From Candidatus Melainabacteria bacterium 17Bon1m (GTDB lineage Bacteria > Cyanobacteriota > Vampirovibrionia > Obscuribacterales > Obscuribacteraceae), in assembly GCA_032128875.1 (NCBI GenBank), contig JAVLKG010000015.1:1-64000 (forward strand): 64,000 nucleotides of DNA, in the 5' to 3' direction. A model generated the notes under the pieces. It saw nothing but the letters and a program-made list of their open reading frames with translations, was not told where the DNA came from and did no database searches. Of this stretch, positions 47,606 through 57,967 are shown piece by piece. The position numbers were made by a program, and so were the translations under genes. Numbering within the stretch: the first letter of the stretch is position 1; the number at the start of each line of letters is the position of its first letter.

Positions 47606-48092
47606 TCTCTTGTTCCTTGCCTAGATTAAAGAAGCCCATTCAGTCCAACCTGCCGTGGTCTCACCTCTTGCATAGCTGCGCTTACCTTTCAGCCCTCAAA
47701 CTGCGATTGCATGTGCAAACGCGCGGCGATAGTCGCGAGGGTTTGAGTAAGCTTAAGTGCAAGGTTCAGCTATTTAGGAGGGTTGATACTTTCGGAAGAT
47801 TCATGAGATGGGTACTTAGTACTAACACTGAAAGCTCGGAAATACCAAGTTTTAGAGAGTTTCCAGGAAAAGCAATCTTGGTCTCTAATCCCGCCGTTAT
47901 TGAGCGTTTTCGCACTTCTTTTAAAACACGGAACACGCACAGCACTGAGCACAGTGGGGAAATCCCCCTCTCATTTGCCACTGCGCGAGCTCAGATAACC
48001 GATTTCTCATAAAGCAAAAAGCGCTCTGGCCATTTGAAAACGGCCCAGCGAAAGTTATGACGCAGCAGTGCACAAGGTTCATTTTCAGCACA

Positions 48093-48118
48093 AAAACGGC
48101 CCCGATGGGGGCCGTTTT
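48093..48118 (-). terminator. Rho-independent terminator (possibly bidirectional)
   Basis: AAAACGGCCCC-GATG-GGGGCCGTTTT downstream of the Csp-like gene. Confidence 0.75.
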
Positions 48119-48159
48119 GAGTGCAATATCTTTGATTTCAATGAAAACTCAAAGGTGAA

Positions 48160-48579
48160 TTATTTAGTCGGGCTGCCGGCGCTGGCAACCTTCTGCATAT
48201 TGCTTGCAGTTTTACGGCATTCATTTGCTGTTGCGAGCATTTTGTCGTCGTTTTTAAATGACTCGCATGTTTTGGCAGCTTCTATGCAAGCTTTTGCTGC
48301 TGTTGAATAAGCTTCTTTTGCATATGCTGAATTACGCGCGCTGAATTCTGAAGCCGTTTTGCAGGCGGTAATGCAGTCCTTAATTACGTTCGTGGTTGCT
48401 GCCTCACCGTATCTACCTTTCTTATCAGTGCAGTATTTAAGTGTCGCTTCGCACCGCTCTGCACAAGCACGTGCATTGCCGAGTGAGATTTGCTCAGTAG
48501 TTTGGGCAAACGCTGCATAAGTGAATCCGGCGGACAGCATGCTACACGCGGCAAGCGTGATAATTGATTTCTTTACCAT
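48160..48579 (-). CDS. Exported four-helix-bundle copper storage protein-like (Csp/DUF326)
   Basis: Signal peptide; CAERC, CITAC, CIEAAKTC and EC spacing; AAGGAGG RBS. Confidence 0.7.
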   Translation of the reverse strand: MVKKSIITLAACSMLSAGFTYAAFAQTTEQISLGNARACAERCEATLKYCTDKKGRYGEAATTNVIKDCITACKTASEFSARNSAYAKEAYSTAAKACIEAAKTCESFKNDDKMLATANECRKTASNMQKVASAGSPTK

Positions 48580-48833
48580 AACTCCTCCTTGTTATGGAGC
48601 TGTCTGTGATTCTTCGCCAACCGGTAAAACCCGCATAGATTCCCGCTTAGAAGCACTTCCGGCCCCGTATTTCTCTTATAAAAAAGTGTGTGCAACAGGT
48701 TGGTGACGGAGCGCCGTCCTGAAAGTGCCCGCTGTGAAAAAAATATTCACGGGAACTTTGCTTAGGTCGCTGGGTCTTAACCCGTGTCGGGAGTCCGGCA
48801 AACGAAATTTCATGAGGAAAGAGGGACAATAAC

Positions 48834-49097
48834 ATGACCATTTTGACGTTTATTTTATTCCTTATTGTCGCGGCAGCTTGCGCGTACCTCGGTGAACTCC
48901 TCGTTCCTGGAACTATCCCTGGTGGCTTTTTCACCTCTGCCATCGTCGGCATTATCGGTGCCTGGGTAGGTAGTTCAGTAATGGGCAGTTTTGGACCGAC
49001 GCTGGCAGGCGTTGCGCTTATCCCCTGTATTTTGGGATCTGCAATTGTAGTCTTCCTGCTTGCACTGGTCTCGCGAGGTCTCCCGCGAAGGGTTTAG
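48834..49097 (+). CDS. GlsB/YeaQ/YmgE family (transglycosylase-associated) membrane protein
   Basis: Motifs PGG, IVGIIGAWVG and ILGSAIVV. Confidence 0.88.
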   Translation: MTILTFILFLIVAAACAYLGELLVPGTIPGGFFTSAIVGIIGAWVGSSVMGSFGPTLAGVALIPCILGSAIVVFLLALVSRGLPRRV

Positions 49098-49153
49098 ATC
49101 TAACACCGAATCAAGGGTTCGGTCTGGTTACGAGCTAGTTGACCAGACCAAGG

Positions 49154-49183
49154 CAAGGGTTTTCACGCAAGTGAAGACCCTTG
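49154..49183 (+). terminator. GCAA-tetraloop stem-loop after the GlsB-like gene
   Basis: CAAGGGTTTTCAC-GCAA-GTGAAGACCCTTG. Confidence 0.5.
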
Positions 49184-49396
49184 TTGCTTTAGGAAGTTGC
49201 CTTGAGAAGTTGTTTGCGAAGTGGTTTTGGGAGTTGTATTTGGATGCTTTAGGTAAAACCTCTCACAATCGCGGCCTGGAAATTGCAATGTTTTTCACTT
49301 TGATCTCAAGCAGGAACCATGGTCCGATTGAGACGTCCCACAACCGTTACCTAGAGCATCGGGACCCGCTTATGTGGGCTTATTTCAGGAGAAACT

Positions 49397-49945
49397 ATGA
49401 GCACTCAATTAGATAACAACAAAAAGACTCTGTCTTCTGTAGACGAATTGCGGCGCAAAGCCAGACAACAGGTCGAAGAAGGCGCTGTCACAGAAGGTTA
49501 TGAGGCTGATCGCAAGCAGATTTTGAAGATGCTCAATGAAGCGCTTGCTACTGAATTGGTGTGCGTACTTCGTTATAGAAGACATTACTTCATGGCTAAG
49601 GGACTGGAATCAGAACCTATCGCCAATGAATTCTTGGAGCACTCCAACGAAGAACTCTCGCACGCCGACAAATTGGCTTCTCGTATTGCACAATTGGGCG
49701 GTGAGCCGGTTTTCAATCCGAATCTCATTTGTGGTCTGAGCCATGCTGAGTACATTGAGACACCGGACCTCAAAGAAATGGTCAAGGAGAATCTTGTTGC
49801 TGAGCGCATTGCCATAGATTCATACCGGGAAATGATTAACTTCGTAGGAACCACTGATTCGACTACTAGAAGAATCCTTGAGGAAATCCTGGCCGTTGAA
49901 GAAGAGCATGCAGATGAGCTCTCCGATCTGCTGACAGACAAATAG
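49397..49945 (+). CDS. Bacterioferritin-like/ferritin-like protein
   Basis: Ferroxidase-type ligands in ALATELVC, EELSHAD, LVAERIAI and EEEHAD. Confidence 0.9.
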   Translation: MSTQLDNNKKTLSSVDELRRKARQQVEEGAVTEGYEADRKQILKMLNEALATELVCVLRYRRHYFMAKGLESEPIANEFLEHSNEELSHADKLASRIAQLGGEPVFNPNLICGLSHAEYIETPDLKEMVKENLVAERIAIDSYREMINFVGTTDSTTRRILEEILAVEEEHADELSDLLTDK

Positions 49946-49955
49946 ATCGTCAATT

Positions 49956-49984
49956 GGGGACAGGCCCTAATTGGGTCTGTCCTC
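49956..49984 (+). terminator. Stem-loop after the ferritin-like gene
   Basis: GGGGACAGGCCC-TAATT-GGGTCTGTCCTC. Confidence 0.55.
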
Positions 49985-50064
49985 TAAAAGACCGTTCGCA
50001 TGCGTGTGACCGCCGGTAATTAATACAAAAAAGCGCATGCAAAAGTTAGTTGAGGAACACGACA

Positions 50065-50343
50065 ATGTTGACGGAAGTAGAAAGAAAACACCTGGCCCGC
50101 ATCCCTTTTATCGCTCACAAAAGCGGTTCGAGGCTCACTTTCATGCCGATAGTTATCGCCTTTTTTGCGATGACGACTATCCTCTGCTTGATGAGCTTGG
50201 TCTTCCATTCAACATTGCCGGTCTCGCAGGTGAGCACGAAGAGTGACATGCCACCTAAATCAGACAAGCTAACCACACGAATCGCGGATAACCTGCCACA
50301 TGCAAGTCCATTCATGTTTCCCTATTTGGAAACGCGATATTAA
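50065..50343 (+). CDS. Small single-TM hypothetical protein
   Basis: GAGGA RBS before ATG 50065; one TM segment. Confidence 0.5.
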   Translation: MLTEVERKHLARIPFIAHKSGSRLTFMPIVIAFFAMTTILCLMSLVFHSTLPVSQVSTKSDMPPKSDKLTTRIADNLPHASPFMFPYLETRY

Positions 50344-50538
50344 AAGCTAAAGGCAGAGTCAGAACGGCGGGCTGCGATGTCGTTTTCTCTTTTTCGCCTA
50401 GCACTTACTACCGGCTGTGGTATTAGTTTCAAAAACCAAAAAACTCCCTGTAGAAAGGCAAGAAAGCGCAGAGAAATCCGCTCAGTGAGCCGACTTCTCT
50501 GCGTCAAAATTTACGACACCAATGCCGACATCAAGATT

Positions 50539-50805
50539 TCACGACCAGAAAATCGTGCAGCCTCGGCGCATGACATTAAATTGAAAAGTCCATTTGCTGC
50601 CGAACTCGGCACGCAGGCGATCTTCCACCGCCGGTGTGACAGTGTTGGTCAGGTCGTTGTAATGCGTCTTGCCGGCGCGCATCGCGTTTTTGATCCCACT
50701 TTTGAAAAGCTCGAAGCTATCGTCTTCGCTCATTTCCACAGGAGACGGTTCTTTCAAAACGCCGCCACGAAGTTCAAATCGGGTTGGAAGTCTTCTCATA
50801 ATCAT
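50539..50805 (-). CDS. Small hypothetical protein
   Basis: 88-aa ORF with AGGA RBS, co-oriented with the upstream gene. Confidence 0.55.
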   Translation of the reverse strand: MIMRRLPTRFELRGGVLKEPSPVEMSEDDSFELFKSGIKNAMRAGKTHYNDLTNTVTPAVEDRLRAEFGSKWTFQFNVMRRGCTIFWS

Positions 50806-50859
50806 TCCTGAAATTCCTAAAATATTGGATGGAATTTGGAGAAAAACACAGTGTAAAAA

Positions 50860-51426
50860 TCAAGGCAGACCTCCGGCGCGAACGTAGCGAATGACCATGG
50901 TTTCCAGCTCGTACGTCGGGGCGTGAAGACCTAGAAGGCAACGCGCAAAGTGAATGCGCATCGCGATTGTTCGCTGAGGCTGCTGCCAACAAGCATGCTC
51001 CTCAACCTTCTTCATGAAGGAGAGATCGGGCTTACCCAGCCGCTTGCGCTCGGAGCAAGTCGCAAAGAAAACCATGAGCGAATCGCAATAGCGCTTATGC
51101 ACAGCGCGGCAATGGTGCCTAAAAACTGCCTTGTCGTGCTCATTTGCAAGTAAACCGACAAAGTAAGCAAAACCAAAGAATGCAAGTTCTCCACAAAACG
51201 CGACCCAATGATCCGCCCAGCCGGCCAACACCGAAAACAACACGCCAAGCCCACCGGCGAGGATTGTCCAGCCGAAGACATGACAGTGAAACTTCGACAT
51301 CTCTTCCTCAGTGGTTTCTTCAAGCCTGCCGTTTTCGATTACAACGGGTGCAAAGATGCCCACTAAGACCACGATGATCGTGGCAAGACAGAAAAAGAGA
51401 TAAGAGCTGCTGAAAATAGATTCCAC
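50860..51426 (-). CDS. Three-TM hypothetical membrane protein
   Basis: GTG start with AAGGGA RBS; hydrophobic N-terminal half. Confidence 0.65.
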   Translation of the reverse strand: MESIFSSSYLFFCLATIIVVLVGIFAPVVIENGRLEETTEEEMSKFHCHVFGWTILAGGLGVLFSVLAGWADHWVAFCGELAFFGFAYFVGLLANEHDKAVFRHHCRAVHKRYCDSLMVFFATCSERKRLGKPDLSFMKKVEEHACWQQPQRTIAMRIHFARCLLGLHAPTYELETMVIRYVRAGGLP

Positions 51427-51914
51427 AAAAATCCCTTCGAAATTAGATTCCAGATTGAAAACTGCTGCCGCCAGATGCGCGCCCCGCTGTCGGGTCGACT
51501 CCAGGCGTCGACTGATTCAGAGTTGGCGCGTGCAACTTCCACGTGGCGCAAAGGCAATGCGCTCGCATGAAGTAGGTGTTTACTTGTGGGGAAGTCGGAG
51601 TTCTTAAGGGCGGCGATCAAGAAAAAAAACTTGTGCAATAAGGGCAATAACCTAAACGCTCATTTATCGACAGCTCAATGTACATTCTGCGATTAGAGAC
51701 ATATTTAAGGGCTTAGATTGCAGAAGCAGTCCGCGCAGGTAAAACCGGACCAGCTAAATTCGATCCAAACGGATCAGGGAAAAGCTGATAGCAAGCTCAT
51801 CCACGTACCTACTATTTGCTGTCGTTTCTGATACAAATACAAAAAAAATCGAAGCGAAAGCACATGGAAATGCAGACGAGAGTGGTTGTCCTCTCGCCTG
51901 CATCCATGGCAGTA

Positions 51915-52412
51915 TCAACCAAAGGTCGAAGCATACGCCTCGTCAATCAGCTCGTGCATCATTGCCAAACGCAGCGAACGATGCTCAGCTTTGAACTCGT
52001 CCACCGTCATGATGTGACGAGTTCCTTCCAGCGGCTCGGCGACGATGGCGTCCACGATTGCGGTCATGATGACCATGTACGTGAGTTCGCCGGGTTCGGT
52101 ACCGTAGAGGTCGGACTCGATGGCGCGCAGGAATCGAAGATTGCGCAGCGTGATGCCGGCTTCCTCCAGGGACTCGCGCCCAGCGGTTTCCTCCAAAGAA
52201 CTTTCGCCCTCGGCGACGTGACCGCCAGGAAGGTCCTTGCCCCGTTTGTCGTCGGTGGCGACCATGGCACCATCCGCGGTGAAGGGAATCACCGAGACAC
52301 TGGTCACCTGGTCGAACGGCGGCACGAACCCAGGCTCGCAGAGCCGGAAGTTGGCTTTACGTCCGCCCTTCGGCGTCCGCTTCTTGTCGGGTCTTGGCAG
52401 ATTTTCAGACAT
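51915..52412 (-). CDS. NUDIX hydrolase
   Basis: LPGGHVAEGESSLEETAGRESLEEAG, a Nudix box with a one-residue insertion. Confidence 0.88.
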   Translation of the reverse strand: MSENLPRPDKKRTPKGGRKANFRLCEPGFVPPFDQVTSVSVIPFTADGAMVATDDKRGKDLPGGHVAEGESSLEETAGRESLEEAGITLRNLRFLRAIESDLYGTEPGELTYMVIMTAIVDAIVAEPLEGTRHIMTVDEFKAEHRSLRLAMMHELIDEAYASTFG

Positions 52413-53179
52413 CAGGAATTACCTCCCGAATTTTCGTCCCGCCCGTAGCTGACTTTCAGAGCGAAGATGACCATCGCCAGAGACAGAAGTCCCCAGACAA
52501 TGCTCCACACAGCAGCAGGAATGCCCGTATAACTCGCCATGTTGGTTGCGTCGGTGAAGGAGCCGTGCGCAGAAAAACCGACCGAAATCTGGATCAGATA
52601 CCAAACGTCGCTCATTGCGCTGAGAGCCGTTTGTCCAGCCAGAATCAGCAAGGTGATGTGCGCGATTGCGGGTGAGAATTTCAGTCCTGCGAAGAACAGA
52701 CCGGCAGAGATTGCCAGCCCGATGCCCAGACTCATGAAGGCTTCACTTCCGTGCCGTGCATCGAACAGCCCGGGGATGATAAAACCGACACAGCAGAGGG
52801 CGAAGAGAACACCCAGGATGTTTAGAACCAGCTTGGCGTTTTCTTCCTTACGACCGAACCAGATAAGCAGCGAGCCGAAGAACGCTGTGCCCATGTAACC
52901 GGCAGACGAGACGAGCGGTCCGATGCCTCCCAGGTGGAAGGTCAGTCCGCCTGCGCCTTCGCCATCCGGAACCATGGTCAGACCAGTGACAGTGCCACCC
53001 GTGAAAAGCGTCATGAGTGCATGTCCGAACTCATGCAAACCAGTCGTGAACGTGCGCAGCGGCATCAGCACCAGATTGATACCCGGATACTGCGTGATGA
53101 AGAAGAACAGGACATTGAGCCCGAGCATGAGCCAGAGCGAGGCTCGTTTGGACGGGGCTGACGAGATCATGCGATTCAT
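52412..53179 (-). CDS. M50 (M50B-like) membrane metallopeptidase
   Basis: Motifs HEFGHAL, GGLT, SAGY and TDA; multiple TM segments. Confidence 0.88.
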   Translation of the reverse strand: MNRMISSAPSKRASLWLMLGLNVLFFFITQYPGINLVLMPLRTFTTGLHEFGHALMTLFTGGTVTGLTMVPDGEGAGGLTFHLGGIGPLVSSAGYMGTAFFGSLLIWFGRKEENAKLVLNILGVLFALCCVGFIIPGLFDARHGSEAFMSLGIGLAISAGLFFAGLKFSPAIAHITLLILAGQTALSAMSDVWYLIQISVGFSAHGSFTDATNMASYTGIPAAVWSIVWGLLSLAMVIFALKVSYGRDENSGGNS

Positions 53180-53330
53180 AGCTAGCCCTTTTCTCAGTTA
53201 GAGAGCGACCTGGCGCCCTCATTAGTTGCGCCGCCAGGGCGCGAAACCACACGCAGGGGCGCTGCATGCGAGCCTTGAGAGGCAGGCGCATGTGCAACCC
53301 CTACGTGCTTTCTTGGATTTCCGCAGGCGC

Positions 53331-54182
53331 CTAGGACGCGGGCTGCGGAGCAGTTTCACCCGGGCGAGCTTGCTGCTCACCCTGATGGTCTTCGTGCGCT
53401 TCGCCGGACGCAGCGCTTTTGACGCGTTGCGTTTGCGGCTTTGACGCGGCCACCTTTGGTTGCTTCAGGAAGACTGTTTCCATCAGCCCCCTGGCGCCGT
53501 TGCAGACCAGCATGCCGTGCGCATCCGTCTGGCTGCCGACATAGTCGAGAGCCATGCGGAAAAACGCGACCGGCTTGCCTTCCTGAACAACATAGGTCGG
53601 CTGCACGCCCCAGACACTCTCCAGGCTATGGAGAATATGACGGCGAGTGCGGACCTTAACGGCGATAGTCGGTTCGTTACTGGCGTTTTCCGCTTCATAA
53701 GGGCTCTTTCCAGTCTTGATGAGCTGGAGGTAAAGCCCCTCTTTCGAGCGAATCACCAGCGGCTTGGGATTGTCGCTCCAGTAAAACTCCTGAAGGACTG
53801 AAGCCGACACCTTGTGTGAGAAAACTTCCAGGCGAGACAGTTGCCCGAGCTCGTCCTGGCCGTTTACGTACACTTTCACCGCAATCGGCTGTTCGCCGAC
53901 GGACTCGGTGTAAGGCGATACGACTCCAGGAATTCCGAATTTCCCGAAGTACTTCCTGCCCAGACGAAAGCCGATTACCCCGAAATAGAGAGCGATAGCG
54001 CCCTCCAGAATGAGGAAAATCGGATTACCGTCAAAGCCGCGATAGATCTCCTGGAAGATGGCGGGGTCGCCAGCCAACCATTGGAGAAACACCACCAGCA
54101 GAGCACCGGCGAGGTAGTACGCCAGAACTGCAGCTGTGATACCGGCCATGGTGGCCAGTAATGTTCGAATGGATTTTGACAT
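53331..54182 (-). CDS. Two-TM hypothetical protein with soluble C-terminal domain
   Basis: AGGAG RBS before ATG 54182. Confidence 0.75.
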   Translation of the reverse strand: MSKSIRTLLATMAGITAAVLAYYLAGALLVVFLQWLAGDPAIFQEIYRGFDGNPIFLILEGAIALYFGVIGFRLGRKYFGKFGIPGVVSPYTESVGEQPIAVKVYVNGQDELGQLSRLEVFSHKVSASVLQEFYWSDNPKPLVIRSKEGLYLQLIKTGKSPYEAENASNEPTIAVKVRTRRHILHSLESVWGVQPTYVVQEGKPVAFFRMALDYVGSQTDAHGMLVCNGARGLMETVFLKQPKVAASKPQTQRVKSAASGEAHEDHQGEQQARPGETAPQPAS

Positions 54183-54615
54183 CCTACATCTCCTGGCATA
54201 GAAGCCGTATGAATGGACCGTCCCGCAAAGCGGCAACGCTCCATAAGTGATTGCAAAACTAAACCTGGTTATTGGTTTTGAGTTCTGAGTTGGAAGCAAA
54301 AAGAATGAAAGAATGATGCTCCAAGAGATTAGTTCTCAAGCTTATTAAGTGCAAGCAGCCAGCCCACCGGCCGGCGCGCTTACACGAATGAAATTTGCGC
54401 TAGCTCAGCTAGAAAATTCTGAGAGCCCTGCCATCTGATTAGTAAAAGCCTTGAATTTTGGGCGTTTGGCAAATTCTATGCAGACTCGATCAACGCTAGA
54501 ACGAGTGAAAAGATTCCTGTGCTGCGACTTATGTGAACTGCAGCAAATCTAGCACTGACGCAGGACATACGCTGCGGTGCGCGGAGTAAGTTGGATGGAA
54601 GGTGAAAGCCTGTGC

Positions 54616-54813
54616 TTAGTTCTTCTGACCGTGCTGCAGACGACCCTCAACCGATGGTTTCCAGATTGCTTCGCAAACGTTGCCGCTGCATGAGCGCTCT
54701 TCGGTTATTTGTCCTGCCGTCCCAAATTGCGATTGCTCTCTGAGATTTCGCTTGCGCGATTGGTCTTTTACACCTGGTGCGAGTTGAAAACTATCCAGGG
54801 ATTCCGAATTCAT
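54616..54813 (-). CDS. Possible small hypothetical protein
   Basis: AGGAG RBS upstream of the ATG; 65 aa. Confidence 0.4.
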   Translation of the reverse strand: MNSESLDSFQLAPGVKDQSRKRNLREQSQFGTAGQITEERSCSGNVCEAIWKPSVEGRLQHGQKN

Positions 54814-55236
54814 CTAAGACTCCTACTAGCCTCGAAATGAGGATTTGCTTTGCACAACGTCGTTTCTTCGGACGAAACGAGGCGCCAAGGTTGTCACGAG
54901 AAAGGCTCGGGTATACCGTTTTACCCCTCTGGCGACATATTAGCAGCGATATTCTACAGATGAGATTGACATACGCTATTAATACTCAGCTAATCATCGA
55001 ACACAATTATCGGTCAAAGACCGAATAAGCCCACTAGAGTGAGCTTTTAGCTTATCTAAAGGTGCGTTACATCAGTTGATGTTGATATATGCTTTTGACA
55101 CCTATTGTGGTGCCGGCATCTAAAAACAAACATCAAGTCTTAATCTTGATCGGCTCACAGTCTGGTTGAATACTGGTTGAATAGATGTAGGCGATAAAAA
55201 GCACCTTTATCCAAATTCCCCAATCGTTCCATATCA

Positions 55237-55761
55237 GTGATAAGTCCAAGAGCAGGAAACCTACCTCAAGCCCTGACCAGTTGCCCGGTTTGCACAACTG
55301 TTCTGATCGTTGCAGAACTGGGCGGTCGCGACAGGCTGGTATGTGAGGTGTGCGAGTTCGTACACTGGGACAATCCAAAACCTGTCACGGCGACGCTCGT
55401 TCCGATGGAATCGGGAATCGTGCTTGTCAAGCGCAAATACGAGCCCTATGTGGGAGACTGGTGCCTTCCAGGCGGCTTTATGGAAGCACGCGAAGAGCCG
55501 GAAGAGTCCGCACAAAGAGAAGTTTTTGAAGAAACCGGATTAAACGTCGAAATTGACCGCCTTGTGGGCGCTCATTCACCAGGAAAAGGCATCAACGTCA
55601 TAATTCTCTTCTACTTAGCCAAGCCTGCTACAGGCTTGATGGTGGCTGGAGACGATGCATCGGAAGTAGCGTCTTTCACGAAAGACTCGCTGCCTGCCAA
55701 TGTCGCTTTTGAATTGCACCGCCGCATGATTGAGCAATTCTTCGATAATTTCAACACTTAA
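55237..55761 (+). CDS. Zinc-ribbon NUDIX hydrolase (ADP-ribose pyrophosphatase-like)
   Basis: CPVC...CEVC zinc ribbon, NPKP, and LPGGFMEAREEPEESAQREVFEETG. Confidence 0.9.
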   Translation: MISPRAGNLPQALTSCPVCTTVLIVAELGGRDRLVCEVCEFVHWDNPKPVTATLVPMESGIVLVKRKYEPYVGDWCLPGGFMEAREEPEESAQREVFEETGLNVEIDRLVGAHSPGKGINVIILFYLAKPATGLMVAGDDASEVASFTKDSLPANVAFELHRRMIEQFFDNFNT

Positions 55762-55831
55762 AATACTGACAAAGCCTGGCTGAAATTGGGGTCAAAGCGT
55801 TGCGCCTGACTCACAACAAAGAGGCACGCTT

Positions 55832-56818
55832 TCAGTTATTGCTTTCAGCGCGCTCGCTGATTCTATCTGCCAGTGCGGTTTCAAGTTCGTCGCTCCTATC
55901 CATGCCATTGCCGATCAGATACCAGCCTTTGGTTGTCTTGATCATAAAGCCTTCCGGCAAAAGCGGCATGGTAGGCTTGACAGAGACGATTTTTTCCCAC
56001 GGCAAGGCGACCGTAAAAAAGCAAGTCTTTATGACGACAAACTCGAGCTTAACCTCGACATTGAGAGGCATCAGAAGGACCATGGCGGTGCGCCAGAGAA
56101 GAATTCCGGTGGCGACCAGGCAGAAAACCAGCACCATCACCGAATCGGACTGATTGCCCTTTTTCAAAGTTTCAACATAGAAAAACCAGAGGACACCCAA
56201 GAAAAGCAATCCGGCAGCCGATTGCGCCATATGCATGGCAAGAATTACAGGATCTTGCCTGAACATTCGATAGGGATTAAAAGAAGCAGAACCGGCAGGC
56301 AGATGGTCCTTAATCCGCTCCAGCAGTTCGTTTAAGTTGTCCAGCCAAACAGGGAATGAAGCTTCGCTGTTCGAGCCTTCCACAACATACCGCGGAAAAT
56401 TCCAGGTGGAACGCTTCACCAATGCCCGCACTTCGCGCCACGCGATAGTTTTTCTTTTGAAAGCAGTGACTGCCGTCAATCCCTCGTCATCAGTGCGCAC
56501 CTTCCATGTGACAAAACCGTAGAAAGGAACAATCGTCGCGGCTCCTGCCGCCATGATGGACATAGCAATTTTCCATGGCAGGGGCAGAATTTGAAACTTG
56601 CCGAGGCAAAGAAAAACAATGGGCAAGATTGCGACAATGATCAAAGCTGCCACTTCCGCCATGATGCGCACCAAAACCATCATCCTTAGCCGATAGTTTT
56701 TCTGTTTGGAAACAGCTTTGCCCGCAGGAGCCGGCTCTACAAAAGCCTCCTGCTCTGTATTGGCTGAATAATCTGGCGACGGATCCTGAGATGGCCCCGG
56801 CGAGGGCTGTTGCGTCAT
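55832..56818 (-). CDS. Membrane protein with two TM-pair plus bacterial PH-like modules
   Basis: Two repeats of 2TM followed by V...G...IAWREV / LPWEKI. Confidence 0.7.
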   Translation of the reverse strand: MTQQPSPGPSQDPSPDYSANTEQEAFVEPAPAGKAVSKQKNYRLRMMVLVRIMAEVAALIIVAILPIVFLCLGKFQILPLPWKIAMSIMAAGAATIVPFYGFVTWKVRTDDEGLTAVTAFKRKTIAWREVRALVKRSTWNFPRYVVEGSNSEASFPVWLDNLNELLERIKDHLPAGSASFNPYRMFRQDPVILAMHMAQSAAGLLFLGVLWFFYVETLKKGNQSDSVMVLVFCLVATGILLWRTAMVLLMPLNVEVKLEFVVIKTCFFTVALPWEKIVSVKPTMPLLPEGFMIKTTKGWYLIGNGMDRSDELETALADRISERAESNN

Positions 56819-56896
56819 CTGAACTTTCCTGAAGAACAAGAACATAATACTGCCCTGAGCGACTACAATTTGCTCAGATAAATTTGGGTTTTATAG

Positions 56897-57418
56897 ATGA
56901 GCGATCTCGAATCGGCGGCATCTGACGTAGAAACAACAAAACCGGTGCACAATACGCGCCGTAAACTAGTGACGGCGTCTTTAATCGTAATTTCGATACC
57001 ACTGGTGGTGGTAGTCGCCGGTATAGTCACAACCTGGTGGCGACCGGTCACGCTGCTGATGCTCTGTCCCGCGCTGAAAGCGATGGGATACAGCAAAATG
57101 GCCGAGCCTATGGCGCTTCGCGCCGTTGAGTTATACGCGCATTCAGACGGCTTGAACAGCAAACTAACCATGACCGCCCTCTGGAACCTCGGTCAAATCT
57201 ATGTCGACAACAACAAACCTGCCAAGGCTGAGCAAGTTTTTCGCGCTATAGCCATCTACAACGCGAAGAAACCGAAAGAGGGACCTATTGCGCCGTATCA
57301 GGTTTTAAGAGCCTGGGGCAAAACGCTGCGCACACTGGGAAGAAAAAAAGATGCTGAGCGCGTAGAAGCCCAACTGGAGCGGACTTCGTCTAAAACACAA
57401 ACAAAAAGTCGCCCCTGA
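56897..57418 (+). CDS. Membrane-anchored short TPR protein
   Basis: TM segment, then ALWNLGQIY...AEQVF and WGKTLRTLGRKKDA. Confidence 0.75.
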   Translation: MSDLESAASDVETTKPVHNTRRKLVTASLIVISIPLVVVVAGIVTTWWRPVTLLMLCPALKAMGYSKMAEPMALRAVELYAHSDGLNSKLTMTALWNLGQIYVDNNKPAKAEQVFRAIAIYNAKKPKEGPIAPYQVLRAWGKTLRTLGRKKDAERVEAQLERTSSKTQTKSRP

Positions 57419-57967
57419 GCAACTTTTTCTGTACACGGTATCGAGGTACCACGCGTGCCGGAGAAGCTCTACAGTAACGGTTCAACTCGGCCGGGCTCCC
57501 CTCCCCTTGTCGAATACCGCTCCGGTTTCTTTCGCATTCCGCACAAAACAAGACAGTAGTCATGACGTCGCGCGAGCACACTTGAACGTAAACAAAGCCG
57601 CCACCTGGCGCGGTTTCGAACGAATTGCACAACTCGCACGAACACATGACATCAACACCTGCCTAAAGATGCAGCAACAGTGGCTTCGAGCGAATTGGAC
57701 AAAAGTTGTCAGCAGAAGATCTTAACAAGTGAGAGCATCTGGGCCGTTTTTTGAACTAATACAAATGCACTTGAAGTAAGCCCTTCGGGATTTCTAGTGT
57801 TCTCTCGTCTCTTTATATTTACTTCTTGATTTCTCTTTCGTCTCTACCCGAAACCTCCTTCTGCTGAGCGCTATTGCTTTTTTTGCCAGGTTTTTTCTTG
57901 GCAGTGATTCATAGCGCCTTCTACAGAACGCCCTTCTGCGCGCTCTCAATAACAACGGAGAAGCCTC

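Noticed and set aside
47835-47860. Possible fifth degenerate CTCCGAAAA-N8 palindrome
   Set aside because: Multiple mismatches, wrong spacing and no partner seen at 135 bp.
53699-53710. Third partial AAGGGCTCTTT match
   Set aside because: Shorter and inside a coding region, so probably chance.
57430-57510. tRNA/tmRNA-like GGTTCAACTC segment
   Set aside because: The T-stem and acceptor stem do not pair, and I could not build a cloverleaf.
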